Part shown: piece by piece, positions 42,458 to 53,300 of the stretch
Numbering within the stretch: the first letter of the stretch is position 1
Layout of the letters: each line of letters starts with the position of its first letter
Source: Patescibacteria group bacterium
GTDB taxonomy: Bacteria; Patescibacteriota; Patescibacteriia; Magasanikbacterales; GWA2-37-8
Length of the DNA stretch: 64,000 nucleotides
Assembly (NCBI GenBank): GCA_041661385.1
Contig: JBAZUP010000003.1
Coordinates: forward strand, 36,299 to 100,298
Direction of reading: 5' to 3'
Translations under genes and position numbers: made by a program
Notes under the pieces: generated by a model
The model's database searches: none
What the model saw: only the letters and a program-made list of their open reading frames with translations
Told to the model about the DNA's origin: nothing

Positions 42458-44074
42458 GTGATAATGACAGAAATAATCGTTGACAACTTTGCCGGTGGCG
42501 GTGGCGCAAGCACCGGAATTTCTCAAGCTATAGGCAGAAGCGTCGATATTGCAATCAATCACGACAAAATCGCAATACAAATGCACAAACGCAACCACCC
42601 GGATACCAAACACTATATAGAAGATGTTTGGGCAATTGATCCAATAGAAGCTTGTGCTGGAAGGCCAGTAGGATTAGCCTGGTTTTCACCAGACTGTACA
42701 CACCACAGCAAAGCACGTGGCGGAAAACCACGCGACAAAAACATTCGCGGCTTATCCTGGTTAGCAACAAAATGGGCGTTACTCGTAAAACCACGAGTAA
42801 TCATGTTAGAAAACGTCGAAGAAATTCAAACATGGGGACCACTTTTAGCCAACGGCAAACCGAGTAAAAAAAAGAAAGGAAAAACTTGGAAAGCATTTAT
42901 TCAATCGCTTGAAGAATTAGGCTACAAAGTTGAATGGCAATTATTAAGAGCCTGCGACTACGGCGCACCAACCACAAGAAAACGTCTTTTTCTAATTGCC
43001 CGCTGCGATGGCAAGCCCATTATTTGGCCAGAACCGTCACACGCTAATCCAAAAGATCCGCGAGTTGTCAAAGAACAAATGAAACCCTGGCCGGCAGCAG
43101 CAGAAATAATTGACTGGTCCTTGCCCTGTCCGTCAATCTTCAACCGCAAAAAACCGTTAGTTGAAAAAACCATGATACGAATAGCAAAAGGATTGAAAAA
43201 ATTCGTATTAGACGCAGACACACCTTTTATTATTAGCATCGATAATCAAAACGGAACAGGAGTAAACGATATACAAACACCACTAACAACAATAACCACA
43301 AAAGCACGACATTGTATAGTTTCGCCACACATCGTTAAATTCCGCGGTGATTCTTCCGGAACGGACATACAACACCCGCTGCCAACAATAACAAGCGGAG
43401 CCGGTTCCGTACGACCGGCAGGCAATGCACACGCAATGGGTTTATGTGCCGCCTTCGTCGCAAGACATTTTGGACAATCGGTAGGAACAACACTTGAATC
43501 GCCGCTAGGAACACAAACGGCTAAAACTAAAGATTCAATGATTGTAAGCTTTTTATCAAAAGCTTACGGTGGTGGATATACCGGAAGCGGCACAAATGTC
43601 GAAGCGCCTGTAGATACAATAACAACTATTGATCATAATCACTTATGTACAACTCATTTAATAAAATTCAAAGGCGACAACTACGGTTCGCCGATAACAG
43701 AGCCAGTACAAACCATCTGTGCCGGTGGCACACACATCGGCGAAATCCGTGCATTCTTGCTAAAATACTATGGAACATCCGCAAACGGACAATCAATAGA
43801 CACACCATTAGATACAATCACAACGAAAGACCGGTTTGGAATCGTCATGATAGAAAACCAACCTTATGAAATAGTCGATATAGGATTAAGAATGCTAGCA
43901 GCACACGAACTTTACGCCGCACAAGGATTCCCGGAAGATTACAATATAAGCGGAATGACAAAAACACAACAAGTTGCTAAATGCGGGAATTCAGTCAGCC
44001 CGGCAATCCCTAAAGCGCTAGTTAAAGCCAATTTGCCCGAATTATGTAATACAAATACAAAAATAGCAGCATAA
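42458..44074 (+). CDS. DNA cytosine-C5 methyltransferase
   Basis: FAGGGG, SPDC, ENV, TTRKRLF, GNSV; six internal P..TIT repeats. Confidence 0.95.
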   Translation: MIMTEIIVDNFAGGGGASTGISQAIGRSVDIAINHDKIAIQMHKRNHPDTKHYIEDVWAIDPIEACAGRPVGLAWFSPDCTHHSKARGGKPRDKNIRGLSWLATKWALLVKPRVIMLENVEEIQTWGPLLANGKPSKKKKGKTWKAFIQSLEELGYKVEWQLLRACDYGAPTTRKRLFLIARCDGKPIIWPEPSHANPKDPRVVKEQMKPWPAAAEIIDWSLPCPSIFNRKKPLVEKTMIRIAKGLKKFVLDADTPFIISIDNQNGTGVNDIQTPLTTITTKARHCIVSPHIVKFRGDSSGTDIQHPLPTITSGAGSVRPAGNAHAMGLCAAFVARHFGQSVGTTLESPLGTQTAKTKDSMIVSFLSKAYGGGYTGSGTNVEAPVDTITTIDHNHLCTTHLIKFKGDNYGSPITEPVQTICAGGTHIGEIRAFLLKYYGTSANGQSIDTPLDTITTKDRFGIVMIENQPYEIVDIGLRMLAAHELYAAQGFPEDYNISGMTKTQQVAKCGNSVSPAIPKALVKANLPELCNTNTKIAA

Positions 44075-44128
44075 ACTAACTAATATTACTAACTAAGTTT
44101 AGTTAGTAATATTAGTAAAAGAGGTAAA

Positions 44129-44437
44129 ATGAAAAACTCCTCCGAATTAAACAAAATGCACGCTTGTAAGAAAAACGCAGAACTGCTACAAGAATTTTAT
44201 GAATTTTTAATCCACAAAAAGAAAATATATTTGGCCCGATACGAAACACGTGAAGAAGAAAAAATTGTTAACGTTTTTACTGGTACAACAAAAACCTACC
44301 AATATGAAGAACTAACCCTTATTCCGGAAACTGCATTAGAAAAACTATTTGCAGATTTCTTTGAAATTGATTTGAACGAATGCGAAAAGGAAAAAAGAAT
44401 ACTACTTGCATCGTGTCGTGAGGAAAAAGTTAAATGA
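44129..44437 (+). CDS. hypothetical protein
   Basis: GAGGT RBS. Confidence 0.7.
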   Translation: MKNSSELNKMHACKKNAELLQEFYEFLIHKKKIYLARYETREEEKIVNVFTGTTKTYQYEELTLIPETALEKLFADFFEIDLNECEKEKRILLASCREEKVK

Positions 44438-44709
44438 AAATTGAAGTTAAATCAGTAGCAATCAGTTCAGAATGGAATTTAAGTATTCAACTACAAAAAA
44501 TTCACGAAGAACATCAAGAATTTACTAAAGCGTTACGCGAATATATACGTTTTGGAAAGCCAATAATGAAAGCAGCAGAAGAACTTGCAGATTTAATGAT
44601 AGCATGCGCTACAATGGCTGAATTAATGAGGATACCCTTTGAACAGGTCATGCGTCAGGTTGAAACTAAGAACGAAACAAGAGGATATTACGACAACAAT
44701 CAAAATTGA
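44434..44709 (+). CDS. MazG-like NTP pyrophosphohydrolase
   Basis: KIHEEHQEF...AEELADL, KN..RGYY. Confidence 0.75.
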   Translation: MKIEVKSVAISSEWNLSIQLQKIHEEHQEFTKALREYIRFGKPIMKAAEELADLMIACATMAELMRIPFEQVMRQVETKNETRGYYDNNQN

Positions 44710-44793
44710 ATTATTTTTAATAACACAATTTTACTAAGTAAACTAACTAACATTACTAACTAAGTTTACTTAGTTTAATAACTAAGGAGAAAT

Positions 44794-45999
44794 ATGATAA
44801 CCATAAAAACAAAAGAACTCACTACAACACTAAACCTGATTCATAAAACCTTTGCATCGGATTTTTCTAGTAAAACCGGCATCGATCGCATCCATATCGC
44901 AACACTCCCGGCTAAAGACGTTCTCGGAACAGGCATATTAAGCATTACCGCTTATTCAAAAGACAAGCACATGAGTGCAACTATTCCATGCAATATTGAA
45001 ACAGATTTGACTGCGTATGTAGCCGGCTCGTCTTTTTGCAATCTAATTGCATCCTTAACCGACTATGACGAAATTAAACTTTCGCTGCAAGACACTTCTC
45101 TGAAAATTATCGCTAAAGCCTCTAAATACGTATTACGCACCGCAAATTTAGAAGATTTCCCTAAAATGCCGGAATATGTCAAAAACAATTCTGTAACATT
45201 GACTGCGGCAGAATTACGAAAAGTATTAAACAATACTGCCTTTTGTACATCAAACGACGAGGCTCGACCGTTATTTACCGGTTTGTGTATGGAATTTAAT
45301 GCAGCAGATAATTCACTAATTGTCACTGGTACAGATACTCATCGAATGGGCATTGATAAAATTTCTAATCTGCAAACTTTGTCGTTAATCGATGATAATA
45401 ATAAAATAATTGTACCGGCAAAAGCGCTATCTGACGCAGTTTCGTTTTTAGGAAAAGATGATACCGCAGAAATTTTGCTATATTGGAACAAAAACAAAAT
45501 CACCTTCGTTATTAATAATAACAATTTGATTTTTCAAACCGCTTTAATAGACGGCCAATTTCCAAATTGCCAAAGGGTTGTTCCACTCGATGAAAATATA
45601 GCTTTCTCCGTTGACTTGCCCCGTGAGAAACTGGAAAAATCCATAACCCGTATTTTAGTAATGGCAAAATCCTCAAAAAACAAATTTAACACCCTTAAAT
45701 GTTCGTTAAAAATGCCAAACGAAGTTTTAGTCATCACAACTGTAAATCTTGACCTGGGCGAAGGAGCAGAGGCGCTGCAAGGCAAAGTAAGCGGAACCGC
45801 AATTGAAAACTTTGAAATTGGCATTAATGCACAATACTTATTGGATATTTGCAAAAAAACAACGACTGACAACATAAAATTTGATTTTACTTCAAACCAG
45901 TTACCAATCCGGACCAATTTCAACAATAGTGCTATACACGTTTTAACCCCGATCCGGGTTAATGATATGAAAAATACTATAACGGAAAAAGCCGCTTAA
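44794..45999 (+). CDS. dnaN: DNA polymerase III beta sliding clamp
   Basis: EDFP, DEARPLFTG, GTDTHR, LIDGQFP...RVVP, INAQYLLD, VLTPIR. Confidence 0.92.
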   Translation: MITIKTKELTTTLNLIHKTFASDFSSKTGIDRIHIATLPAKDVLGTGILSITAYSKDKHMSATIPCNIETDLTAYVAGSSFCNLIASLTDYDEIKLSLQDTSLKIIAKASKYVLRTANLEDFPKMPEYVKNNSVTLTAAELRKVLNNTAFCTSNDEARPLFTGLCMEFNAADNSLIVTGTDTHRMGIDKISNLQTLSLIDDNNKIIVPAKALSDAVSFLGKDDTAEILLYWNKNKITFVINNNNLIFQTALIDGQFPNCQRVVPLDENIAFSVDLPREKLEKSITRILVMAKSSKNKFNTLKCSLKMPNEVLVITTVNLDLGEGAEALQGKVSGTAIENFEIGINAQYLLDICKKTTTDNIKFDFTSNQLPIRTNFNNSAIHVLTPIRVNDMKNTITEKAA

Positions 46000-46080
46000 T
46001 CACGAATAAGAAATTATTACATAAACTAACATTACTAAGTAAACTTAGTTAGTAATGTTAGTTATACACAAAGGAGAATA

Positions 46081-46497
46081 ATGACCTTTAAATTAATCGA
46101 ACTATTGAAAACCGATAACATAACGAAAGACACCGACGCCGATATTGTAATCCAAACCATCAAAACAATGTACCTAAAACATAAACCAAAAAAAACAACC
46201 ATTATTATTTCATTTAGACAAATAAAATTTGTCAGCTCTGTTTTCTTGTCTAAGTTGTTTTACTGGCTCTACGAAGAAAAATATTTAAAATATGACGAAA
46301 AAAAAGAAATTTTCAATTTTACAAAAACCATAACTTTGGACACGGAACGTATTGAATATTTTTGCATACGCCAAATTAATATTATTAAAGAAGAAATTGA
46401 CCACTACGACGAAATTATTAATCCAAGAACAAAAGAGAAGAAACCCGAACAACCATATAACAACCAACCATTAACTGCTTGGAACGCAACAATTTAA
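46081..46497 (+). CDS. hypothetical protein, possibly STAS-like
   Basis: IIISFRQIKFVSSVFL pattern. Confidence 0.6.
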   Translation: MTFKLIELLKTDNITKDTDADIVIQTIKTMYLKHKPKKTTIIISFRQIKFVSSVFLSKLFYWLYEEKYLKYDEKKEIFNFTKTITLDTERIEYFCIRQINIIKEEIDHYDEIINPRTKEKKPEQPYNNQPLTAWNATI

Positions 46498-46512
46498 CAA
46501 AGGAGCTTTACA

Positions 46513-47858
46513 ATGAATGAAATACTCCACTTGCCGATTTGGCATATATCGCAAAACAAAACAGATATAGCACCAATTATACATTTTGCCTGGTGGAAAA
46601 GTTTAGATAAAGAATCACCAAACGCCGAAGCTGCTAATAATTTCATAACGTCCTTCATAAGAACCCACGGCGAAACAGCTTTTTTTCAAAGCCTGAGCAC
46701 GCCACTAAGCATATAATTTATCTATTGACAAAACTAATATTACTAAGTAAACTTAGTTAGTAATATTAGTTTTATTAGTTAAGTTAGTAGTTTGAATTAA
46801 TAAATTAAAAGGAAAGAACGTTAATGCTTTTTACTATACTTATATTCCTCTCATTAGGATTTGCAATTATCTTCGCAATAGTTAAAACAGATACCGACAA
46901 ACAACAAAAAGTCTGTATCCGATTATCAATAATATCGTTTTTGATATTTTTAGCACTTATTGCATACATCAACCTAAAACCAGCCGAATATGTGACATTA
47001 ACCGTTGCTCGTATTAATTCAAATACCACTTCAAACGCATGTGATATTTTATCTGACAAAGATTATTACTCCGACGTATATAGATTTGGAAACGTAAAAA
47101 CCGGCGATAAAATAACATTAGAGAAAAGAACGTTTATACCCGGTTGGATCGTTATAAAAATTAACGAAATATCAACAACAAATTAAAAAAGGAGTCTAAT
47201 GTGTCATATTTATCTTTTTTCACTTCAACATCTTTCATAGCTTTTGTAGTCCTAATATTTTTTCAATTATTTATCTTAAATTTTTCCAATCTTGCATTTT
47301 TAACCTCGATAATCACGTCGTTAGCATTCGCGATACTTTATGTAGCGATAAAATTTTTCACCGAAAAACAACGTGAAAAGGAAAATGAAAATTTCTGGAC
47401 AACAGAAAGCGACCGAGAAAAATTGTGCAAAGATTTTATATCACGCTATAACTTTTCAGAAACTGAAGCTGATTTGTATTTTAATTTATGTCTAAAAAGC
47501 GAGAATTTTCTCAAAGAATCACTTAAACCTCAACGAACAAATAAAGACAAATTAGAGTTTAGATTAATGCAAAACAAAGTTAATACAATTAAAACAATGA
47601 TGGAAATGTTTAAACTAGAAATACGAATAAAAAACTAACTAATATAACTTAGTTGCAAGGAGAAATATGCAAGTAGGAGACAGAGTTTTAGTAAAATCTG
47701 CCGCCGGTACACGTGAACGAATTATTGACAGAGAAACCAAATTATATTGGATAATCAACGGTTTAAAATATCACAAAAAAACTCTATGCAGAGCAAGTGC
47801 AGATGGTTGGAACACTGGTTATATCAAAGAAATCGAACGACAAAATATTAAAAACTAA
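46513..47858 (+). CDS. four hypothetical genes (46513-46716, 46824-47186, 47201-47638, 47667-47858)
   Basis: AAGGA(G) RBSs; middle two have TM segments. Confidence 0.65.
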
Positions 47859-47900
47859 CTAAGTTTACTTAGTAACATTAGTTGAAACGAAAGGAGAAAT

Positions 47901-48677
47901 ATGGCAAAAATAATTACCATAGCCAACCAAAAAGGTGGCGTTGGAAAAACCACCACCGCACACGCATTGGCAACCGGATTAAAATTACTCCACAAAAAAC
48001 TCCGTATTTTAACAATTGATCTCGACGCCCAGGGAAGTCTCAGTTTTGCATATGGAGCTGAAACCGAAAAAGCGCCAACAATTTATGACGCACTAAAAAA
48101 TCAAATGGAAACAAAAGATTCCAAAATCAAAGAAATTATCCAAAAACTTCCGCAAGGAGATATTATTCCCGGTGACCTGCGTTTATCCGGCGCGGATCTC
48201 GAATTCAACAAAACCGGCCGGGAATATTTACTAAAAGAAACATTAGAAACTATTACAAACGATTATGACTATATAATCATCGACACACCACCCTCATTGG
48301 GAATTTTAACAGTAATGGCGTTCACGGCCAGTAATGAAGTATTAATCCCAATCGGCGCCGATATTTTATCTTATCGCGGTCTGGGGCAACTCAATGAATC
48401 AATGAGTTCAGTAATTAAATACTCGAACAAAGAATTGAAAATATCAGGAATATTAATCACGCAGCACAATGCAAAAACCAATCTAGGCAAAGGTATGGAA
48501 GAAAAAATACAGCGTGCAGCTGCAATGTTAGACACTAAACTCTTTAAAACCCATATTAAAAACATCACAGCAGTGAAAGAAGCTCAATTTAATCAAAAGT
48601 CACTGTTTGAATACTCACCAACATCAATAGCAACCAACAATTATCGTGATTTTATTCAAGAATATTTGAAAGGTTAA
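47901..48677 (+). CDS. parA: ParA/Soj partition ATPase
   Basis: NQKGGVGKTT, IDLDAQG, IIDTPPSLG. Confidence 0.95.
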   Translation: MAKIITIANQKGGVGKTTTAHALATGLKLLHKKLRILTIDLDAQGSLSFAYGAETEKAPTIYDALKNQMETKDSKIKEIIQKLPQGDIIPGDLRLSGADLEFNKTGREYLLKETLETITNDYDYIIIDTPPSLGILTVMAFTASNEVLIPIGADILSYRGLGQLNESMSSVIKYSNKELKISGILITQHNAKTNLGKGMEEKIQRAAAMLDTKLFKTHIKNITAVKEAQFNQKSLFEYSPTSIATNNYRDFIQEYLKG

Positions 48678-48682
48678 AGAAA

Positions 48683-48922
48683 ATGTCAAAAAAACAAGAA
48701 TTAGATCGACAAATTTTCATTAACGATAACGGCGATATAGCTGACTATAGCGACAGACCAGAAAGTTATTTGCTAGAAGAAAACGGAAAAATCTGCAGTA
48801 TTTGTGGTGCGAAAATTATTGGCTTAGATATTAATGCACACCAATGGCCTTGTGGCAAAATCACTTGTGGCATAAGTTGTGAAATAATGAGCAACAGTTT
48901 AAAAACTAAGGAGGATTTATGA
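48683..48922 (+). CDS. small Cys-rich protein
   Basis: CSICG...CGISC; between parA and the RHH gene. Confidence 0.6.
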   Translation: MSKKQELDRQIFINDNGDIADYSDRPESYLLEENGKICSICGAKIIGLDINAHQWPCGKITCGISCEIMSNSLKTKEDL

Positions 48923-49173
48923 AAAAAAATGATTTTGGCGCTTCCCGGGAAAACCCCGCAGATAAATTTTTCTCAAAACAAAAAATTGAAGAAAATTTAC
49001 AAAGCACTCCAGTTATTAGTGCCAAACCCGAAGAAAAGTTATTCAAAACCTTTCTGTTACGGCTTCCTTTGGACCTTCACCAAAAAATTAAAATTCAAGC
49101 AACAATTAACGAACTCTCAATCCACGATTACATGCTTAAAGTTATGCGTTCTATTGTGGGGGAAAAGGGTTAA
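48919..49173 (+). CDS. RHH centromere-binding protein (type Ib, ParG-like)
   Basis: Flexible N-terminus then KTFLLRLPLDLHQKIKIQA...SIHDYM. Confidence 0.75.
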   Translation: MKKNDFGASRENPADKFFSKQKIEENLQSTPVISAKPEEKLFKTFLLRLPLDLHQKIKIQATINELSIHDYMLKVMRSIVGEKG

Positions 49174-49412
49174 ATTTCGTTTTTAATGACTTGGACGCAA
49201 CTTTCCCCGTCTCAACTCTTTTAAATCTGTTTTACGGGCAAATAAATCGTTTTTAAACCGACGCATTCTCGTCGGTTTCTCTTTTTTAAAATTAACAACA
49301 ACATATCCCGGTATTTCCATTTTGTTGTTGTTTTAAATATATTTTAAGAACGATTTTAAGAACGATTTTAAAGAGTCTCGCAAGTCCCGCCAATGTTGAG
49401 CTACAGAGGACG

Positions 49413-49600
49413 AACTACGACAGAAATATGGTCAACTACGACAAAATTCGTGTTAACTACGACAGAAATATGGTCAACTACGACAAAATTCGTGCCGAAC
49501 TACGACAAAAATATGGTTTCTACGACGTAAATATGGTCAACTACGACATAAACCGTGCCACTTACGACAAAAAAATGGTCACTTACGACATAAATATGGT
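49413..49600 (+). repeat. oriV iterons, nine 20-22 bp copies
   Basis: AACTACGACA.AAATATGGTC tandem repeats immediately upstream of rep; AT-rich region 49280-49370. Confidence 0.92.
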
Positions 49601-49628
49601 ATACTAAACAAAAAAATTAGAGGGAATT

Positions 49629-50831
49629 ATGCCTAAATTAAATAATGACGCTGCTGAAGTAGATAATAACGCCTCAAAACGCCTCATTGCTTATAAGCAT
49701 AATAAAATTATTGATTTTCGCAATTATATAGTAAAACACATTGATAAATTGACGATTAACCAATTTAAATTAATGATGCTATCTTGTGCGAAAGTTAAAG
49801 ACAATGATACTGGAAATACTGATTACACAATATCTTTTAAAGAATTTACAAAACTGACCGGTGCAAAACGAGAAGATTATAAAACAATTTACAAAGAAGC
49901 CAAAGCACTGGCATCGCTCGGAGTGGATGTAGTTGACACCGATGGCAATATACTAATTTTTAAATGGTTAACCAGGGTTATGATAGTACCAGGAACCGGC
50001 GTAATTGAATATCGTATAGATGACAGATTGCTTCCGTTTTACAAAACCGATCCGTGCACAAAAGAATACACGAAAATAATCATAGATAACTTAATGACAA
50101 TGCGCAGTAAATATGCGCTTGTTCTTTATGAGTTATTTTCACAATGGCAAAACAAAGGATATTATAAACAAACAGTAAATCAACTAAAAGTATTATTTGA
50201 AATAAAAGAAAACGAATACAAAAGACAAACAGATTTTATAAATAAATGTGTAATCAAAGCGGTTGAAGAAATTAATGAAAAAGCACAATCAATATTCAAT
50301 ATTGAAATTGAATTTGTATATGGTGCACGCAAAAGCGTATCGTCTGTCATATTTCATATTAATAAAAGTAAAAATCTGTTAGAAGAACAACAAATAGTAG
50401 AAATCGAAGCCGAGGTAGAAATTATAGACGACACAATATCTAAAAAGTCTCAAATTGATATTTTGTTAGACACAAATTTTTCATTCACACCGGAAATAAT
50501 AGTTAAAATTAAAAACACCCATCCTGAAAATAAAATATTAATGTGTTACAAAATTTTTAAGAACAAAAAACAGCAACAAAACATTCCAAATCCGGAAGGA
50601 TATTTTTTAGGAATACTAAATTATTTTAACTATGAGGAATATTTACAAAAAGAACAGGAAATAGAACGAAATAAAAATAACAATATTCGACAACAAAATG
50701 AAATGCTTTTAAAACTTGAACAAGAAATTGAAACAGAATTAATGAAAAATATCGACATCGACAACATAGATCCTAAAATTATGGAAATGTTTTCTAAAAT
50801 TAATCCCGCAAAAAACATTTCAGGAAAATAA
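49629..50831 (+). CDS. Rep_3-family replication initiator
   Basis: N.II....LT..Q.KL, MRSKYALVLYELF.QW, F..KCVIKAVEEINE; flanked by iterons. Confidence 0.9.
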   Translation: MPKLNNDAAEVDNNASKRLIAYKHNKIIDFRNYIVKHIDKLTINQFKLMMLSCAKVKDNDTGNTDYTISFKEFTKLTGAKREDYKTIYKEAKALASLGVDVVDTDGNILIFKWLTRVMIVPGTGVIEYRIDDRLLPFYKTDPCTKEYTKIIIDNLMTMRSKYALVLYELFSQWQNKGYYKQTVNQLKVLFEIKENEYKRQTDFINKCVIKAVEEINEKAQSIFNIEIEFVYGARKSVSSVIFHINKSKNLLEEQQIVEIEAEVEIIDDTISKKSQIDILLDTNFSFTPEIIVKIKNTHPENKILMCYKIFKNKKQQQNIPNPEGYFLGILNYFNYEEYLQKEQEIERNKNNNIRQQNEMLLKLEQEIETELMKNIDIDNIDPKIMEMFSKINPAKNISGK

Positions 50832-50839
50832 CAAAAACA

Positions 50840-50913
50840 AACTACGACAAAATTATGGTCTAAACATAATCACTTACGAAGAAAATATGGTCAACTACGA
50901 CAAAAATATGGTT
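50840..50913 (+). repeat. three downstream control iterons
   Basis: Same consensus as 49413-49600. Confidence 0.88.
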
Positions 50914-50956
50914 ACATTTTTTTCATAAATAAAAAAACAAAAAAAGGAGCAACAAA

Positions 50957-51364
50957 ATGGAAATTAACAAACAAGACACGTCAGGCTTTATCAAAAAAGG
51001 CGAATTCAAATACATTACATTCAAAGAGTTTCTAATCAATGAAAAACTTTTCAACGAAACCGAATATTCGAAGTTAACAAAAAAAGAAATCGACGACATT
51101 TATGCCAAACGCCAAATGGAATTTTTTGATTACGCCCGGTTGCAAGACGCTCATATGTTAGCGCCGGAATACGGCCACAATAAATTCAAAAACACTTTAA
51201 CATTTGAAATGTTCTGCAGCGATTTTGGATTATTGTCCGGTGAAGATTTTAACGTCAAAAACAATTTTAAAAAAGCTGACGAAATGTGGGATTTGCATAA
51301 AGACGATTTTTTGAAATTTTGCGAAGACTATAATTTAGATTTTGTCGAATATGTAAAACACTGA
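50957..51364 (+). CDS. hypothetical protein with internal duplication
   Basis: ITFKEF and LTFEMF repeated halves; AAGGAG RBS. Confidence 0.7.
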   Translation: MEINKQDTSGFIKKGEFKYITFKEFLINEKLFNETEYSKLTKKEIDDIYAKRQMEFFDYARLQDAHMLAPEYGHNKFKNTLTFEMFCSDFGLLSGEDFNVKNNFKKADEMWDLHKDDFLKFCEDYNLDFVEYVKH

Positions 51365-51469
51365 AAACATAAAATTTAATATAAAAAAGAGCTAAATTGA
51401 AAAAATTTAGCTCTTTTTTTTGTGGATTTTTCAAAACAGCTCTAAATGTAACAGGAATGTAACGGACGA

Positions 51470-52423
51470 GTGATATTATTAAAATATAGAGGAAAAAAAT
51501 TAATGATTGATAAACAAGAAATTAAAAAATTATTGCCAAATTATTTATCTTCATTAGGAATTGATTATAACAAAAATTTTTGTTGTCTCGTCCCGGGCCA
51601 CTCCGATAAAACACCTTCGATGATTTATCGCAAAAACAGCGAAACGGTAAAATGCTTTGGCTGCGGATTTTTTGGAGACGTAATTAATTTGATTGGCGAA
51701 CAATATGGAATATCAAATTCATCAGAAGCATTTGTAAAAGCCGCAGAAATTTTATTAAACAAAGATTTCACAAAAAAAATAAATACACAGATTACTGCAC
51801 AACAAAAAAAACCAAAGAAAAAACTTATCGATTCAAAACTACTGAACTTTTCCAACTTAATCAACAAAGCACATTCAAACGTAAACCAAACAAATTATTT
51901 TAAGCTACGCGGCATTTCACAAAAAAACATAAACAAATATCGGCTGGGATATATTAAATCACTAAACCAAATTGTGCTGCCGATTGAAAACTACTATTAC
52001 ATCAAACGCAACATAGCAAAAAAACAATATTACAATATGCCGGATTTCATTCTACCGATTTTTAACGAGAAATATATTCACGAAAATAAAGACACGGTTT
52101 TTGTCACAGAAGGAATTATCGACGCAATCACAATTGAAGAATATGGATATTATGCTATAGCAACAAATTCAGCAGACAATATTTACGAACTAATCAAAAT
52201 CATTGAGAAAAATAAATTTAACGGGAAAATAATAATTGCATTCGATCAAGATTATGCCGGTGAAATTTTTGCAAACAAACTCCAAGAAAATTTAACACAA
52301 CTTGAAATTGAAAATCAGATTTTAATATTAAAAAACTTCAAAGATATAAATCAGGCACATTTAGCAAACACTCTTTATTTAAGAAGTACACTAAATAATA
52401 TTTTCCAAAATCTCAAGGAGTGA
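51470..52423 (+). CDS. DnaG-like primase (CHC2 zinc finger plus Toprim)
   Basis: C...H.DKTPS...CFGC; VFVTEGIIDAI; AFDQDYAG; KDIN. Confidence 0.88.
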   Translation: MILLKYRGKKLMIDKQEIKKLLPNYLSSLGIDYNKNFCCLVPGHSDKTPSMIYRKNSETVKCFGCGFFGDVINLIGEQYGISNSSEAFVKAAEILLNKDFTKKINTQITAQQKKPKKKLIDSKLLNFSNLINKAHSNVNQTNYFKLRGISQKNINKYRLGYIKSLNQIVLPIENYYYIKRNIAKKQYYNMPDFILPIFNEKYIHENKDTVFVTEGIIDAITIEEYGYYAIATNSADNIYELIKIIEKNKFNGKIIIAFDQDYAGEIFANKLQENLTQLEIENQILILKNFKDINQAHLANTLYLRSTLNNIFQNLKE

Positions 52424-53073
52424 AAATGAATAAAAGTGAAATTGAAAAAATCACCGATATTGCCGAATTAACAATTACTGAATTTGACAAACTATCAACT
52501 GAAAAACTTGAGCAACTTTTAACTGAAGCAAATGTCAAATTAAATATCCAACTTGACAAGTTATTAGAAGAAGCCGAAATGAAAATCAAAGAAGGATTAA
52601 TTTCAAAAGAGATTTTAACTTTATCCGATGCGTTAAGATTTGCAACTTACCAAATTGAACACATGGCAACACTGAGAAAAAATCTCACATTCGAATTGCA
52701 AAATCTATTCAGAGTAAACGTAGCTGAATACAAAATTTCCACTAACAGTATTTACGATATTCTTGAAAAACAAAACGCGGAAATTCAGGAAAAAAATAAC
52801 GAATATATTAACGAAATCACGAATCACTTTAATTGCGAATTACAAAATAAATTATTGACGCAAGATACAACTTTAACAAAAATGCAAAATTCAGTTTCGG
52901 CGTTTATGAACAAGTCAATTTCCAAGAACAAATATATTGCCGAATTTGATAAATATTCAAACTCAATAAAATGGTTTTGGCGATATGTAGTTTTCATAAG
53001 TTTATACAATTTGATATCCCAAATTTTTAACACAAATATTTTTCAAACTTTACGATTGATGTTATTGCCGTAA
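52420..53073 (+). CDS. coiled-coil protein with C-terminal hydrophobic segment
   Basis: Overlaps primase stop; AAGGAG RBS. Confidence 0.68.
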   Translation: MKMNKSEIEKITDIAELTITEFDKLSTEKLEQLLTEANVKLNIQLDKLLEEAEMKIKEGLISKEILTLSDALRFATYQIEHMATLRKNLTFELQNLFRVNVAEYKISTNSIYDILEKQNAEIQEKNNEYINEITNHFNCELQNKLLTQDTTLTKMQNSVSAFMNKSISKNKYIAEFDKYSNSIKWFWRYVVFISLYNLISQIFNTNIFQTLRLMLLP

Positions 53074-53176
53074 ATCAAAAATACTAAAACAAACCAAACG
53101 TAAATCCAAACTCACGTGAGAAACGACCAACGTAAACGGCGCCCCTTCCGACATTTTTTGTGTTCGGCAAAAAATA

Positions 53177-53210
53177 GAAGGCGCAATACCGCGTTTCTAA
53201 AGAAACAGCT
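53177..53210 (-). other. MOBQ-type oriT, predicted nic between 53182 and 53181
   Basis: Minus strand GCTGTTTCTTTAGAAACGCGGTATTGCG^CCTT parallels the RSF1010 oriT (GTTTCT/AGAAAC inverted repeat then GGTAAGTGCG^CCCT); 90 bp from relaxase. Confidence 0.78.
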
Positions 53211-53300
53211 TGCGAAACTGCGTTTAGCTAATCAACCCAAACCCTTCGGTTTCGTGTTTGAACTGCCAGCGGCAGTTAAGGATTTTGCGAGGAGAGAAAA

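Noticed and set aside
43260-43830. Internal P..TIT repeats in the C5 methyltransferase as a novel feature
   Set aside because: Common in this phage/plasmid methyltransferase subfamily
49413-49600. Possible CRISPR array
   Set aside because: Repeats are contiguous 20-22-mers with no unique spacers and abut rep; they are iterons
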